DNA from: an uncultured bacterium
GTDB taxonomy: Bacteria > Fidelibacterota > Marinisomatia > Marinisomatales > Marinisomataceae
Direction: 5' to 3'
Assembly: GCA_905182795.1 (NCBI GenBank)
Contig: CAJJCZ010000009.1
Span: 11,437 to 75,436, forward strand
DNA length: 64,000 nucleotides
Positions 1 to 9,861 of this stretch are shown here, piece by piece. Position 1 is the first letter of the stretch, and the number at the start of each line of letters is the position of its first letter. Under the pieces are notes generated by a model. It was not told the DNA's origin. It did not search any database and saw only the letters and a program-made list of their open reading frames with translations. The translations under genes were made by a program, and so were the position numbers.

Positions 1-1
1 A

Positions 2-685
2 GATTTAGCTTTATTGAAAATTGAAGGAGAAGACTTCCAGTATTGTGAAATTGGTGATTCGGATAAAATCATAGTTGGAGAGTGGGTTATTGCATTAGGA
101 AATCCAAAAAGTTTATTTGCTGCTGCAAACTACCAACCAATAGCATCAGCAGGTATCATAAGTGCCATTAATGCAGATTTTGGTATTGATAGCAGCAGTG
201 GAAGATTGATGAACAATATGATCCAAACTGATGCTTCTTTAAATCCCGGAAATAGTGGCGGGCCATTGGTAGATGCAAGCGGGAATGTGCTAGGTATTAA
301 TACTTTTGTAAGGAATGATTCAGAAAATCTTGGATTTGCAATTCCAATCAATTATGCAAAAAAAATTGGAGAAGAGTTAAAATTGAAAGGATTTGTTGAC
401 AGAAGATTTTCTTTTGGAATCAATGTAGATGAATACAGGTATGGGCAAGATGGTGAAATAGGGCTATATATCAATTCTATTGATTATGATAATTCTGGAG
501 ACAATAAAGAGTTATATAAAGGTGATATTATTATAGGAGTCGAAGGGTATCAAATACAAAGTTATAATCAACTCCAACTTGTTCTCGCTAATAGAGATAC
601 AAGACCAGGCGATACCATCAAATTAAGAATTCAAAGAGAAAATGAAATAAAAATAGTTAACTTAGTATTGGGAAAAAATGAGTAA
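2..685 (+). CDS. HtrA/DegP-like trypsin serine protease with PDZ domain, 5'-truncated by the window edge
   Basis: Frame is open from base 2 (DLALLKI). IQTDASLNPGNSGGPL catalytic-Ser motif, followed by a PDZ-like C-terminus. Confidence 0.9.
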   Translation, partial: DLALLKIEGEDFQYCEIGDSDKIIVGEWVIALGNPKSLFAAANYQPIASAGIISAINADFGIDSSSGRLMNNMIQTDASLNPGNSGGPLVDASGNVLGINTFVRNDSENLGFAIPINYAKKIGEELKLKGFVDRRFSFGINVDEYRYGQDGEIGLYINSIDYDNSGDNKELYKGDIIIGVEGYQIQSYNQLQLVLANRDTRPGDTIKLRIQRENEIKIVNLVLGKNE

Positions 686-956
686 TAGAAACATTAGCTT
701 GATAGGTATAGGTGTATTGGCTGGAGCAATGATTGGAACTGCTTTAGGTCAATTTTTAGGTTATATGTTACCCGAAGGAAGTACGGTCAAGCAATTTTTC
801 CTCACTACATTTGATTTTTCTTTTGGTTCAATTGATAGTGGATTATTAGTAGATTTAGGCGTTATCGCACTTGATCTTGGATTTATTGTAAGATTTAACG
901 TTTGTAGCGTTATTGGTTTTGCGATTGCGTATTACTTATTAAGATATTTTAGATAA
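678..956 (+). CDS. Small membrane protein, DUF4321-like
   Basis: 92 aa with hydrophobic ends and a 'DLGVIALDLGF.VRFN' pattern; lies upstream of tatA-gatA. Confidence 0.6.
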   Translation: MSNRNISLIGIGVLAGAMIGTALGQFLGYMLPEGSTVKQFFLTTFDFSFGSIDSGLLVDLGVIALDLGFIVRFNVCSVIGFAIAYYLLRYFR

Positions 957-972
957 AAAAAGAGGTTTTGAT

Positions 973-1149
973 ATGTTTAATTTAGGTACAGGTGAATTAG
1001 TAATAATTTTTCTTATTCTTTTACTCCTTTTTGGTGGTAAAAGACTTCCTGGTTTAGCGAGAGGATTTGCTAAATCGTTAAGAGAATTTCGTGGTGCATT
1101 AGATGACACGAAAGATGAATTAAGAAAATCTGAAAAATCCGAAGAATAA
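973..1149 (+). CDS. tatA: Twin-arginine translocase subunit TatA/E (not in ORF track)
   Basis: Translated by hand: MFNLGTGELVIIFLILLLLFGGKRLPGLARGFAKSLREFRGALDDTKDELRKSEKSEE. TM helix, FG hinge, amphipathic helix; AGAGG RBS upstream. Confidence 0.93.
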   Translation: MFNLGTGELVIIFLILLLLFGGKRLPGLARGFAKSLREFRGALDDTKDELRKSEKSEE

Positions 1150-1154
1150 ATTAG

Positions 1155-2513
1155 ATGTCCCCATCTAATGCTTTAAAACAAAAACTTGTTTCTCAGCAAG
1201 GCAGGATTGCTAATAGCAAAACTAATGCTATCATAAGAACAAGATTTGATAAAGTTTCATCAGAGATATCTGATAGTAATAAGATCTTAGCAGGAAAAAC
1301 TATACTAGTTAAAGATAATATTGCTATAAAGGGAGAGTATCTAACATGTGCATCCAATCTTCTAGAATCCTATAAGTCTCCATATAGTGCTACGGTAATA
1401 GATCGCTTAGAATCTAAAGGAGCTTTAATAACAGGGCAAACTAATATGGATGAATTTGCTATGGGTTCTTCATCAGAGTACTCAATTTATGGCTCTGTTA
1501 AGAATCCTCACGATTTAACAAGAGTAGCGGGAGGGTCTAGTGGAGGGTCTGCAGCAGCTGTAGCAGAAGATTTATGCGATATTGCACTAGGTTCTGATAC
1601 GGGAGGCTCTATAAGGCAGCCAGCATCATTCTGTGGTGTATATGGTTTAAAGCCTACATATGGTAGAATTTCTAGATATGGTTTAGTGGCCCATGCATCA
1701 TCTTTTGATACCATAGGTATACTATCAAAGAGTCTTACAGATATAACATCAACATTCAGTGTGATGTCCGGAAATGACCCTAAAGATGCGACATCATGCA
1801 AAGAAGCAGTTTTATCGCTAAATCAATATAATAAAGATAAGCTTCCTAAGAATATTGGCATTTTAAGTAAAAAAGTATTGTGTGATATAGATAGAGAAAT
1901 TGTAGATAGATATTATACAGCCTTAGACTTTCTCAAAAAGAAAAAAGTAAACCTTATTGAGGTTGATTTACCATATTTTGACTATTGTGTCGCTACTTAT
2001 TATGTATTAACGATGGCAGAAGCTTCTTCAAATTTATCTCGTTTTGATGGTATAAGATATGGAAAAAGAGCATCTTCTCAAGATTTAAGTGATACATATA
2101 TCAAATCTAGATCAGAAGGTTTTTCTGAGGAAGTTAAAAGAAGAATCATGACAGGAACATATGTATTATCTTCTGGATATTATGATGCTTATTATTCAAA
2201 AGCATTAAAAGTGCGAAGAGTAATAAAAAATGAATATAATAAGCTATTCTCAAAAGTAGATTGTTTATTTATTCCAACTACTGCAACAACAGCATTTCCA
2301 TTAAAAAATCATTTAGACGATCCGATTAAAATGTATCTTGCTGATATATTTACGGTTCCATTTAACTTGATAGGAACTCCTTCGCTTAATATTCCAGCTG
2401 GAACAACAAAAGATAAATTACCTATAGGGTTTCAGATTGCAGGTAATTCATTTAAAGAGGAAACTTTATTTAATTTCGCGCATTCACTGAATAAAGCAGA
2501 ATTATTTAAATAA
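1155..2513 (+). CDS. gatA: Asp/Glu-tRNA amidotransferase subunit A
   Basis: Amidase signature GGSSGGSAAAV, GSDTGGSIRQPA, EASSNLSRFDGIRYG. Confidence 0.95.
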   Translation: MSPSNALKQKLVSQQGRIANSKTNAIIRTRFDKVSSEISDSNKILAGKTILVKDNIAIKGEYLTCASNLLESYKSPYSATVIDRLESKGALITGQTNMDEFAMGSSSEYSIYGSVKNPHDLTRVAGGSSGGSAAAVAEDLCDIALGSDTGGSIRQPASFCGVYGLKPTYGRISRYGLVAHASSFDTIGILSKSLTDITSTFSVMSGNDPKDATSCKEAVLSLNQYNKDKLPKNIGILSKKVLCDIDREIVDRYYTALDFLKKKKVNLIEVDLPYFDYCVATYYVLTMAEASSNLSRFDGIRYGKRASSQDLSDTYIKSRSEGFSEEVKRRIMTGTYVLSSGYYDAYYSKALKVRRVIKNEYNKLFSKVDCLFIPTTATTAFPLKNHLDDPIKMYLADIFTVPFNLIGTPSLNIPAGTTKDKLPIGFQIAGNSFKEETLFNFAHSLNKAELFK

Positions 2514-2520
2514 ACAATAA

Positions 2521-3489
2521 ATGGAATTCCTACATCCAAATTTTTTATATCTACTAGTCCTTCTAGTACTATTATCAATATTTAAATTTTTTTATTCTTC
2601 TAATAAATCTGCATCTTTTCAAGTATCAGATACAAAATACTTAAAATCTTTTTTTGGAAAATCTGGTATCATTAAAATCGGATTATTCAGGTTTCTTTTT
2701 ATCGCTTCTCTGGTTTGTTTTATTATTGCTATTGCAAGACCAAGAATATCTACAAATGATAAAAATATAACAATTGAGGTTGTAGATATTATGCTAGTAT
2801 TAGATACCAGTAGTAGTATGTTGGCAGAAGATTTCAAGCCTAATCGCTTAGAAGCTGTGAAACAGGCAGCAAAAGATTTTATAGATAATAGAAGAGGAGA
2901 TAGGGTTGGTCTTTTAGTATTTGGAAAAGAAACATTTATCCAGTGTCCTTTGACTGTAGATTATGGTGTTTTAAATAACTTGCTAAGCGAAGTAACTGTA
3001 GTAGAACCTAAATATGACGGGACTGCTATAGGTATAGCTATAGCTAATGCTATTAATCGATTAAGAGTGAATGAATCTAAAAGTAAAGTAATTATCTTGC
3101 TATCTGATGGAAGTAATAATTCGGGAGCTATTGATCCTATAGCAGCTGCAAAAATAGCAAAAGAATATGATATAAGAATTTATACAATAGGCGCTGGCAC
3201 AAGACAGGCAGTAACACAAATACCTGGCGGAAGATATATTAGAAATGAGATTGATGAAGATTCTTTAAGAGGGATTGCTGCGGAAACAGGCGGGAAATAT
3301 TTTAGAGCTATCGACAAAGAAAGTTTAGCCGGCATATATGCAGAAATCAATGATTTAGAAAAGTCTGAAATAATTGTGAGTTACTATTCAGAGTATCAAG
3401 AAGCATATTTATGGTTCTTATATTCTGGATTTGTACTTTTGTTGTTAAGTGAGCTATTTAGAGTAATTTATTTTAGAAGGATTGTATGA
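2521..3489 (+). CDS. batA: vWA domain membrane protein BatA
   Basis: MIDAS DTSSSM, 'AEDFKPNRLEA', LSDG; N- and C-terminal TM segments. Confidence 0.85.
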   Translation: MEFLHPNFLYLLVLLVLLSIFKFFYSSNKSASFQVSDTKYLKSFFGKSGIIKIGLFRFLFIASLVCFIIAIARPRISTNDKNITIEVVDIMLVLDTSSSMLAEDFKPNRLEAVKQAAKDFIDNRRGDRVGLLVFGKETFIQCPLTVDYGVLNNLLSEVTVVEPKYDGTAIGIAIANAINRLRVNESKSKVIILLSDGSNNSGAIDPIAAAKIAKEYDIRIYTIGAGTRQAVTQIPGGRYIRNEIDEDSLRGIAAETGGKYFRAIDKESLAGIYAEINDLEKSEIIVSYYSEYQEAYLWFLYSGFVLLLLSELFRVIYFRRIV

Positions 3490-4484
3490 CATTTGAGAAT
3501 CTAAATTTAGCTTTATTGTCTCTTTTATTGACAATATTGACTATGGGAATTTATTACTACAGAGGAAGATCTAATAAGGTTTTTGGAGCAGATAATTTTG
3601 ATCCAAAATTTATAAATAGTTTATTCTCTAGAGGAAACTTGAATATGATAAGAGCAAAGTTTTTTTTAAGATATCTTTCTCTATTTATTCTAGTTTTTGC
3701 AATAGCCGGATTGAAAACTGGAACTACTGTTAAGCCCGTAGAAAGAAAAGGTATAGATATTATTTTTTGTATTGACGTGTCTACAAGTATGAACGCGCAA
3801 GATGTCAAGCCATCTAGAATTGATAAAGTAAAATTTGAAATTAGTAAAGTTGTAGACGGTCTTAAGGGCGATAGATTAGGTATTGTAGTCTTTTCTGGAT
3901 CAAATTTTTTATATCTACCATTAACTATGGATTATGATGCAGCAAAATTGTTTGTTAAAAGTATAGATACGGAGATGATTTCTTCGAAAGGCACTGCGAT
4001 TGGACAAGCAATAGAAACATCCATAATTGCATTTGAAGAAGATGGCGATCAACAGAAAATGATATTTCTTTTTTCTGATGGGGAAGATCATAGCTCTAGC
4101 TCATTGGATGCAATTGCTAGAGTCTTATCTGAAGATATAGTTATTCATGTTGTAGGCGTAGGAAGCGTAGAAGGGTCATTGATACCAGATGAAAAAAGAG
4201 AAAATGTATTTTTAAAAGACGAATCAGGTACATTGATTATGAGCAAATTGAATGATGTTTTTCTGTCAGAGATATCGCAAACTGGAAAAGGTAGTTTTTT
4301 TAGAATTGCAAATAGCGAGTCAGTAAGTGAAGAAATTAATGATACCATAAGTAAGGGAGAAGCTTCTCTGATTAGTTCTTATGAATTCGCAGAATATGAC
4401 CATAAATATCAATATCCTTTATTTTTTGCTATATTTTTCTTATTTATCGCATATATCTTACCTTCAGGGAGAAAAAGAAAATGA
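3486..4484 (+). CDS. batB: vWA domain membrane protein BatB
   Basis: DVSTSM.AQDVKPSR, PLT.DY, FSDGEDH; follows batA. Confidence 0.85.
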   Translation: MTFENLNLALLSLLLTILTMGIYYYRGRSNKVFGADNFDPKFINSLFSRGNLNMIRAKFFLRYLSLFILVFAIAGLKTGTTVKPVERKGIDIIFCIDVSTSMNAQDVKPSRIDKVKFEISKVVDGLKGDRLGIVVFSGSNFLYLPLTMDYDAAKLFVKSIDTEMISSKGTAIGQAIETSIIAFEEDGDQQKMIFLFSDGEDHSSSSLDAIARVLSEDIVIHVVGVGSVEGSLIPDEKRENVFLKDESGTLIMSKLNDVFLSEISQTGKGSFFRIANSESVSEEINDTISKGEASLISSYEFAEYDHKYQYPLFFAIFFLFIAYILPSGRKRK

Positions 4485-5218
4485 AAATATTGTTTATAGC
4501 TGTAATCCTAGTATCAAGTTTATTATCTCAAGACATGGGATATAAAATGTATAAAAATGGAGATACTGAATCAGCTATAGAATATTATAAACAATTAGTT
4601 GATATGGATGACAAAAATCTATCTAATGAAGAATTATTATATAATATAGGTACTATTTATGCCGAAATAGATAGCACAAATCAAGCAAATACTATTTTTG
4701 AAACAGTATATCAAGACTCATCTGGGTATTCTTCTGAATTGAGCTATAATTACGGAAATACTTTATATCGATCACAGAAACTTGAAGAAAGCTTGAAAGC
4801 TTTCAGAGAAACATTGCTAAAAAATCCTGAAGATATAGATGCTCGAAAAAATTATGAGTTTGTAAAAAATGAGATTAAGAAAAATAAAAGTATGCAAAAG
4901 GAAAAAGATAAAAGTAAAGAATCAGACGAAGAAGAAGATGAAAAAAATAAAGAAAAAGAAAAAGATCAAGATAAGAAAGATGATAATCAGAATGATCAGT
5001 CTAATAACGAAGAAGATAAGAATGATTCCAAGAACAATGACAATGGACCTACTGATAATCAAAACTCTAAATCACCGGATCAGCAAAATAAGCAAAATCG
5101 CGACATTCAATCGAAACAAAGCGCCGAGAATATACTTAATGCCATAAAAGAGAATGAAAAGGTGAATAAAAAAAGAAAACAAGCTAATTATAGCAATGAG
5201 TCGGGTAAAGACTGGTGA
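4481..5218 (+). CDS. batC: TPR protein BatC-like with low-complexity D/N/K/Q tail
   Basis: YNxGN TPR motifs, 'NPEDIDARKNYE', charged linker, terminal KDW. Confidence 0.75.
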   Translation: MKILFIAVILVSSLLSQDMGYKMYKNGDTESAIEYYKQLVDMDDKNLSNEELLYNIGTIYAEIDSTNQANTIFETVYQDSSGYSSELSYNYGNTLYRSQKLEESLKAFRETLLKNPEDIDARKNYEFVKNEIKKNKSMQKEKDKSKESDEEEDEKNKEKEKDQDKKDDNQNDQSNNEEDKNDSKNNDNGPTDNQNSKSPDQQNKQNRDIQSKQSAENILNAIKENEKVNKKRKQANYSNESGKDW

Positions 5219-6918
5219 TAAAACATTTATTAATTAGTATAATTTTAATCTCTTGTTTGTTTTCTCAGGAAATTGAAACCTTTGTAGTCAGTAAGGATAT
5301 TGATATCAGTGAATCGTTTACTTTTACAATTAAAATTAAAGATATAGACGTAGATCCTGAGGTTGATATTTCTCCAATGCTTGAGAATTTTTCAGTTATT
5401 ATAGGTCCTAACATAGGAAGTGAATATAAATTTATTAATGGAAAAAAAAGTACTTCAAGATCTATTTCCTGGACTATTGTAGCTCAAAAAGTAGGAAAAT
5501 TAAAAATTCCAAAGCTTAAAGTAGTGTTAGCTGGCAAGCAATATTTTACAGATGAAGTGATTATGAATGTATCTAAAAAGACTATAGATGGAGCTATTGG
5601 TGATATGTTTTTGAAAATAGAAGTAAGCGATCTTGACGTTAGAGTAGGAGAGCAAGTTATTGTTACATATACTTTCTTTACTAGGATCGCATCAAAAGTT
5701 TTATCAACAGAGTTTCCAAAATATAAAAATTTCTGGGTTGAAAAATTATTTGATCCAGCAGGAAAACAAATTACTCCAGATGCTTGGAATGATATAGAGA
5801 TTAATGGGTATAAGTATAAATCTATTAAGATGTATGAAGTTGCATTATTTCCACTGTCTGAAGGTACATTTGATCTGAACTCTATGATAATGAAGATTGA
5901 AACAAAAGAGAAAGATCCTGGAGTTAGGAGATTGTTTTGGGATGACCCATTTTTTGATACTTTTTCGCAAAGAACTAAAGCTAGAATTCTTGTTTCAGAG
6001 TTAAGAACTATTAAAGTATCTACGCTTTTAAATCAACCTAAAAATTTTACTGGCGCCGTAGGAAGCTTTAGTGTTAGTTCATCACTTTCTTCTAAGAATG
6101 TTGAAAATGGTACTCCAATGACTTTTTATTTAAGATTGAAGGGAGAAGGAAATTTAGACAACATTGGTAGGCCTGATATTAAATTTCCAGATAATTTTGA
6201 TATTTTTGATGGAGAAATAGTAAAAGAAAGAGATATTACTGACTCTGTGTCAGGAACAATTACTTGGGAGTATAATATCATTCCTAGAAAAGAAGGAGAT
6301 TATACGATTGAAGCAGTAGCAATTCCGTTTTTTGATACTAAGTTAGAGGCTTGGAGTTCAGTTAGGTCTAAGCCAATAAAATTCAACATTACCAAGAGTA
6401 GTTATTTTGAAAAGAATGCTAATATTAATGCATTGATTGATAATAAAGATATTAGATATATAAAATTAAAAGATACTAAATGGATATTTAAAGATTCTAA
6501 TGATGCTTACAATATATCATTTTTTATTATTATTGGATCAATACTCATTCTTTTAGCACCTATATTTATCAAACCATTTAATCATTTTATTGGAAATCAA
6601 TCATTAGTATTTAAAAACAAAACTGCTTTATCAAATGCGATTAATCTGATAGAGTCTTCAGATAGCTTATATATAGATTGCCCTAAAGCGATCAGAATTT
6701 TCTGTAGAAATAAGGATTTAACTGACTCTGTTAACTTAGACTCACTTTCTTTAAAAGATCAAATTAAAGGTAGTATTAGATTAAAAGACCTTAATATTAT
6801 TCAAGGTATTCTAAATGAATGTAGTAAATATAACTATACAGATATATCTACTGAGGACAATATAAAACTTCAGAAAAAAACGATAAAAATATTAACTAAA
6901 ATTAATAGCTATGTTTAA
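5215..6918 (+). CDS. batD: BatD family protein
   Basis: Signal peptide, 'VGEQVIVTY', 'FTGAVGSF', 'GEGNL'; position in the bat operon. Confidence 0.8.
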   Translation: MIKHLLISIILISCLFSQEIETFVVSKDIDISESFTFTIKIKDIDVDPEVDISPMLENFSVIIGPNIGSEYKFINGKKSTSRSISWTIVAQKVGKLKIPKLKVVLAGKQYFTDEVIMNVSKKTIDGAIGDMFLKIEVSDLDVRVGEQVIVTYTFFTRIASKVLSTEFPKYKNFWVEKLFDPAGKQITPDAWNDIEINGYKYKSIKMYEVALFPLSEGTFDLNSMIMKIETKEKDPGVRRLFWDDPFFDTFSQRTKARILVSELRTIKVSTLLNQPKNFTGAVGSFSVSSSLSSKNVENGTPMTFYLRLKGEGNLDNIGRPDIKFPDNFDIFDGEIVKERDITDSVSGTITWEYNIIPRKEGDYTIEAVAIPFFDTKLEAWSSVRSKPIKFNITKSSYFEKNANINALIDNKDIRYIKLKDTKWIFKDSNDAYNISFFIIIGSILILLAPIFIKPFNHFIGNQSLVFKNKTALSNAINLIESSDSLYIDCPKAIRIFCRNKDLTDSVNLDSLSLKDQIKGSIRLKDLNIIQGILNECSKYNYTDISTEDNIKLQKKTIKILTKINSYV

Positions 6919-7651
6919 GATTCTGAATATAATTCTATTGACAATAGGCATGACCTATGCACAAGATTTAGATTTATTATTTTCTGATGGAAATAAATCC
7001 TATAATAATGGTCAATTTGACGACGCTGTTCAAGTCTATGAAGATATTCTTAATCAAGGTTTTTATAGTGCAGATTTATATTATAATCTTGGAAATGCTT
7101 ATTATAGACTAGAAGATTTTGGAAATGCAAGATGGTCTTATGAGATGGGATCTAGTATTGAGCCTAGAGACAGAGATATCATACATAATTTAACACTAGT
7201 AAAGCAAAAAATTCCAAATGCACTAGAAGTTCCAGATTCGCAGATTCTAAATTTTATTAATAATTTTTTAGCAAGCTTTACATATAGTGATTTTATTTTT
7301 TTTACCTCATTGATACTCTTTTTTTATTCTATTTCTTCTATTTTTTATAGAATCAATCCTTCCAATCTAACAGTCTTATTTTATTATTTTTTTATAGTAC
7401 TATTTTTTCTAGGCACATCATCTTCTGGTATTAAATTTTTATGGGAAAAGAATAATAATTTTGGAATTATTTTAAATGACGAAACTCAATTATACTCTGC
7501 ACCATTTTTAAATAATGATATTAAAATTTCTATATTCTTTTCAGGTAATAAAGTAAAAATTGAACAAAAGACTGATAAATGGTTAGAAATATCTTCTATG
7601 GACGGAAGAAAAGGTTGGATTAGACTGAAAGATATAAGAACTTTAGACTAG
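6911..7651 (+). CDS. batE: BatE TPR/SH3-like protein
   Basis: 'LYYNLGNAYYR' TPR, two TM segments, C-terminal SH3-like 'W.EI...DGRKGWI'. Confidence 0.8.
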   Translation: MFKILNIILLTIGMTYAQDLDLLFSDGNKSYNNGQFDDAVQVYEDILNQGFYSADLYYNLGNAYYRLEDFGNARWSYEMGSSIEPRDRDIIHNLTLVKQKIPNALEVPDSQILNFINNFLASFTYSDFIFFTSLILFFYSISSIFYRINPSNLTVLFYYFFIVLFFLGTSSSGIKFLWEKNNNFGIILNDETQLYSAPFLNNDIKISIFFSGNKVKIEQKTDKWLEISSMDGRKGWIRLKDIRTLD

Positions 7652-7652
7652 T

Positions 7653-8066
7653 ATGAGACTTCTAATTATTTTATTCTTCACTAGCATTATCTATGGGCAG
7701 AGCGATTTTATTCTTCCTAGTGATTTTGCAGACAACCCACCAAACCTACCTAATGTTGTTTTGCCTTCTTTTGATGATAATGACGATTCTGAATCAGTTA
7801 GTGATATAGATTTTACAAACTCAGTGAAAGGTTATCGTATACAGATTATGATCTCTGAAGATGAAAAAGATTTAATTAATGTAAAACAGAAACTTGAACT
7901 AATTATAAAAGAAAAAATATATATCAAATTTGAGCTCCCAAATTACAAATTAAGAGTTGGTAATTTTGATAGCAGAAAAAAAGCAGAAACTTATCGTAAC
8001 AAGGTAATTCAACTGGGATATAGATCTGCATGGGTTGTTCCAACTCTAATTGAATTGGACTATTAG
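7653..8066 (+). CDS. SPOR domain protein
   Basis: Signal peptide; GYRIQI...PNYKLRVGNF..R..A pattern. Confidence 0.75.
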   Translation: MRLLIILFFTSIIYGQSDFILPSDFADNPPNLPNVVLPSFDDNDDSESVSDIDFTNSVKGYRIQIMISEDEKDLINVKQKLELIIKEKIYIKFELPNYKLRVGNFDSRKKAETYRNKVIQLGYRSAWVVPTLIELDY

Positions 8067-8798
8067 ATGTCAGGGCATAGTAAGTGGTCAACTATAAAAC
8101 GAAAAAAAGGCGTTCTTGATCAAAAGAGAGGAAAACTTTTTTCCTCTATCGGTAAAGAAATAACAATATCTGCAAGACTCTTTGGCGGAGATTTAGAAGC
8201 AAATGCTAGATTGCGTCAAGCAGTAAAAAAAGCTAAATCTATAAATATGCCTAGTGCAAATATTGATAAAGCAATTAAAAAAGGGGCTGGAGGTTTAGAT
8301 AACGTTAGCTATGAAGAAGCTGCTTATGAAGGATATGGTCCTAATGGCATAGCTGTCTTTATAGAAACTATTACAGACAATAAGAATAGAACTGTAGCCG
8401 AAATTAGACATGTACTTTCAAAGGCGGGTGGTTCACTCGGTCAATCTGGAAGCGTGGCATGGAATTTTGATAGAATGGGTATTATTCTTATTGAGGAATC
8501 TATAGTTTCAGAAGATGATATATTCAATATTTCTATCGAAAATGATGCAAAAGATTTTAAAATAGATGATGGTTATTATAAGTTATTTTTTGATCATAGC
8601 GTTCTTTATGAAAAAATTGAAGTAATTGAACAGATTCCCCTAGAAGTTGATTCTTCTTTTGTTGCATTTATTCCAAAAGATTTTATCAAGATCTCTGAAG
8701 AGGAAAGTGTTAAAGTTGAGAATCTAATAGATTCGTTAGACGACTTGGAAGATGTGCAGAATGTTTATTCAAACTATGAAGTTGAGCAACCTTCATGA
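8067..8798 (+). CDS. yebC: YebC/PmpR family protein
   Basis: MSGHSKWSTIKRKK, YEGYGP.G, TDNKNRT, DLEDVQNVYSN. Confidence 0.95.
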   Translation: MSGHSKWSTIKRKKGVLDQKRGKLFSSIGKEITISARLFGGDLEANARLRQAVKKAKSINMPSANIDKAIKKGAGGLDNVSYEEAAYEGYGPNGIAVFIETITDNKNRTVAEIRHVLSKAGGSLGQSGSVAWNFDRMGIILIEESIVSEDDIFNISIENDAKDFKIDDGYYKLFFDHSVLYEKIEVIEQIPLEVDSSFVAFIPKDFIKISEEESVKVENLIDSLDDLEDVQNVYSNYEVEQPS

Positions 8799-9271
8799 TT
8801 ATATTAGGATTTGATCCAGGATTAACGAATACTGGTTATGCAGTTCTTAGAAAAGAAGCAAATAATATTACTTTAGTCGAGTCTGGTCTAGTTAAGCCGA
8901 AAGTGGGAAAAACTCTTTCAGCGCGATTATTTACTATTTTCTCAGAAACAAGTAAGTTAATTGAACATTTTAGTCCTAATTTGGTAGTCATTGAAAATGT
9001 ATTTTATGGTAAAAATGTGCAATCTGCTATAAAATTGGGACAAGCAAAAGCATCAATAATGCTATCAGCAGAGAAATACAATATTGATATGGTTGACTAT
9101 GCTCCGAGAGAGATTAAGCAATCAATTGTAGGAAATGGATCTGCATCAAAAGAGCAAGTTGCTTTTATGGTAAAAAAGATTTTTAAGTTAAATGACGAAG
9201 CTTTGAAAAGCACTGATGTTTCAGATGCTATTGCTATAGCTTGGTGTGGAGCAAATAGGAAACCAAAATGA
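8795..9271 (+). CDS. ruvC: Holliday junction resolvase RuvC
   Basis: ILGFDPG...GY, IE, GNGSASKEQV, D..DA.AIA. Confidence 0.95.
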   Translation: MIILGFDPGLTNTGYAVLRKEANNITLVESGLVKPKVGKTLSARLFTIFSETSKLIEHFSPNLVVIENVFYGKNVQSAIKLGQAKASIMLSAEKYNIDMVDYAPREIKQSIVGNGSASKEQVAFMVKKIFKLNDEALKSTDVSDAIAIAWCGANRKPK

Positions 9272-9861
9272 TTGATTCAATTACGGGTATTATTCAAAGA
9301 AAAGAGCCTACCAACCTTTTTATTCATATGAATGGTTTGGTTTTTAATATATCTATTTGCCTTAAAGATTATGAACAACTTCCCGAGTTAAATCAAGAAA
9401 TTACAGTATTAACTTATTTGAATGTAAGAGAAGATTTGATGGAGCTGTATGGATTTTTAGAATATGAAAGAAGACGTTTATTTGTTCAGCTGATAGGAGT
9501 CTCAGGTATTGGACCCAGAACAGCAATTAATTTACTTTCAAATATTTCGGTTGCTCACTTTAAAGAGAACATTGTTGCCAAGGATGTAAAGTCATTGAGT
9601 TTGATTCCAGGAATTGGACCTAAAACTGCGCAAAGAATTATCCTAGATATAAGAGAAAAAATAACAAAAGATAAAGCAACGAAAGAAGGATTAGATGTAT
9701 CAAAGATTAATTTCACATATGATGATATTTATACTGCACTTTCTTCTTTGGGATATAGAAAAAATCAAATCGATAAAGCTATTAAGAAGCTAAATAAAGA
9801 AAATAGTTTTGAGGGTAATATCGAAGATGTAATTAAGAAGGTGTTAAATATAATCAGATGA
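9268..9861 (+). CDS. ruvA: Holliday junction branch migration protein RuvA
   Basis: VRED...LYGF, VSGIGPRTA, IPGIGPKTA, AL.SLGY. Confidence 0.95.
   Translation: MIDSITGIIQRKEPTNLFIHMNGLVFNISICLKDYEQLPELNQEITVLTYLNVREDLMELYGFLEYERRRLFVQLIGVSGIGPRTAINLLSNISVAHFKENIVAKDVKSLSLIPGIGPKTAQRIILDIREKITKDKATKEGLDVSKINFTYDDIYTALSSLGYRKNQIDKAIKKLNKENSFEGNIEDVIKKVLNIIR

Noticed and set aside
1155-2513. gatA without gatB/gatC
   Set aside because: Dispersed gat genes and tatA-gatA adjacency are ordinary in this group.
4890-5110. Apparent repeats (GATAAG/AATGAT) as a tandem array or CRISPR
   Set aside because: Imperfect codon-level low complexity with no constant repeat-spacer period. No cas genes in the window.
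4869-5147. Lys-rich 92-aa alternative-frame ORF inside batC
   Set aside because: Frame shadow of the A-rich low-complexity D/E/K/N/Q tail that is typical of BatC.
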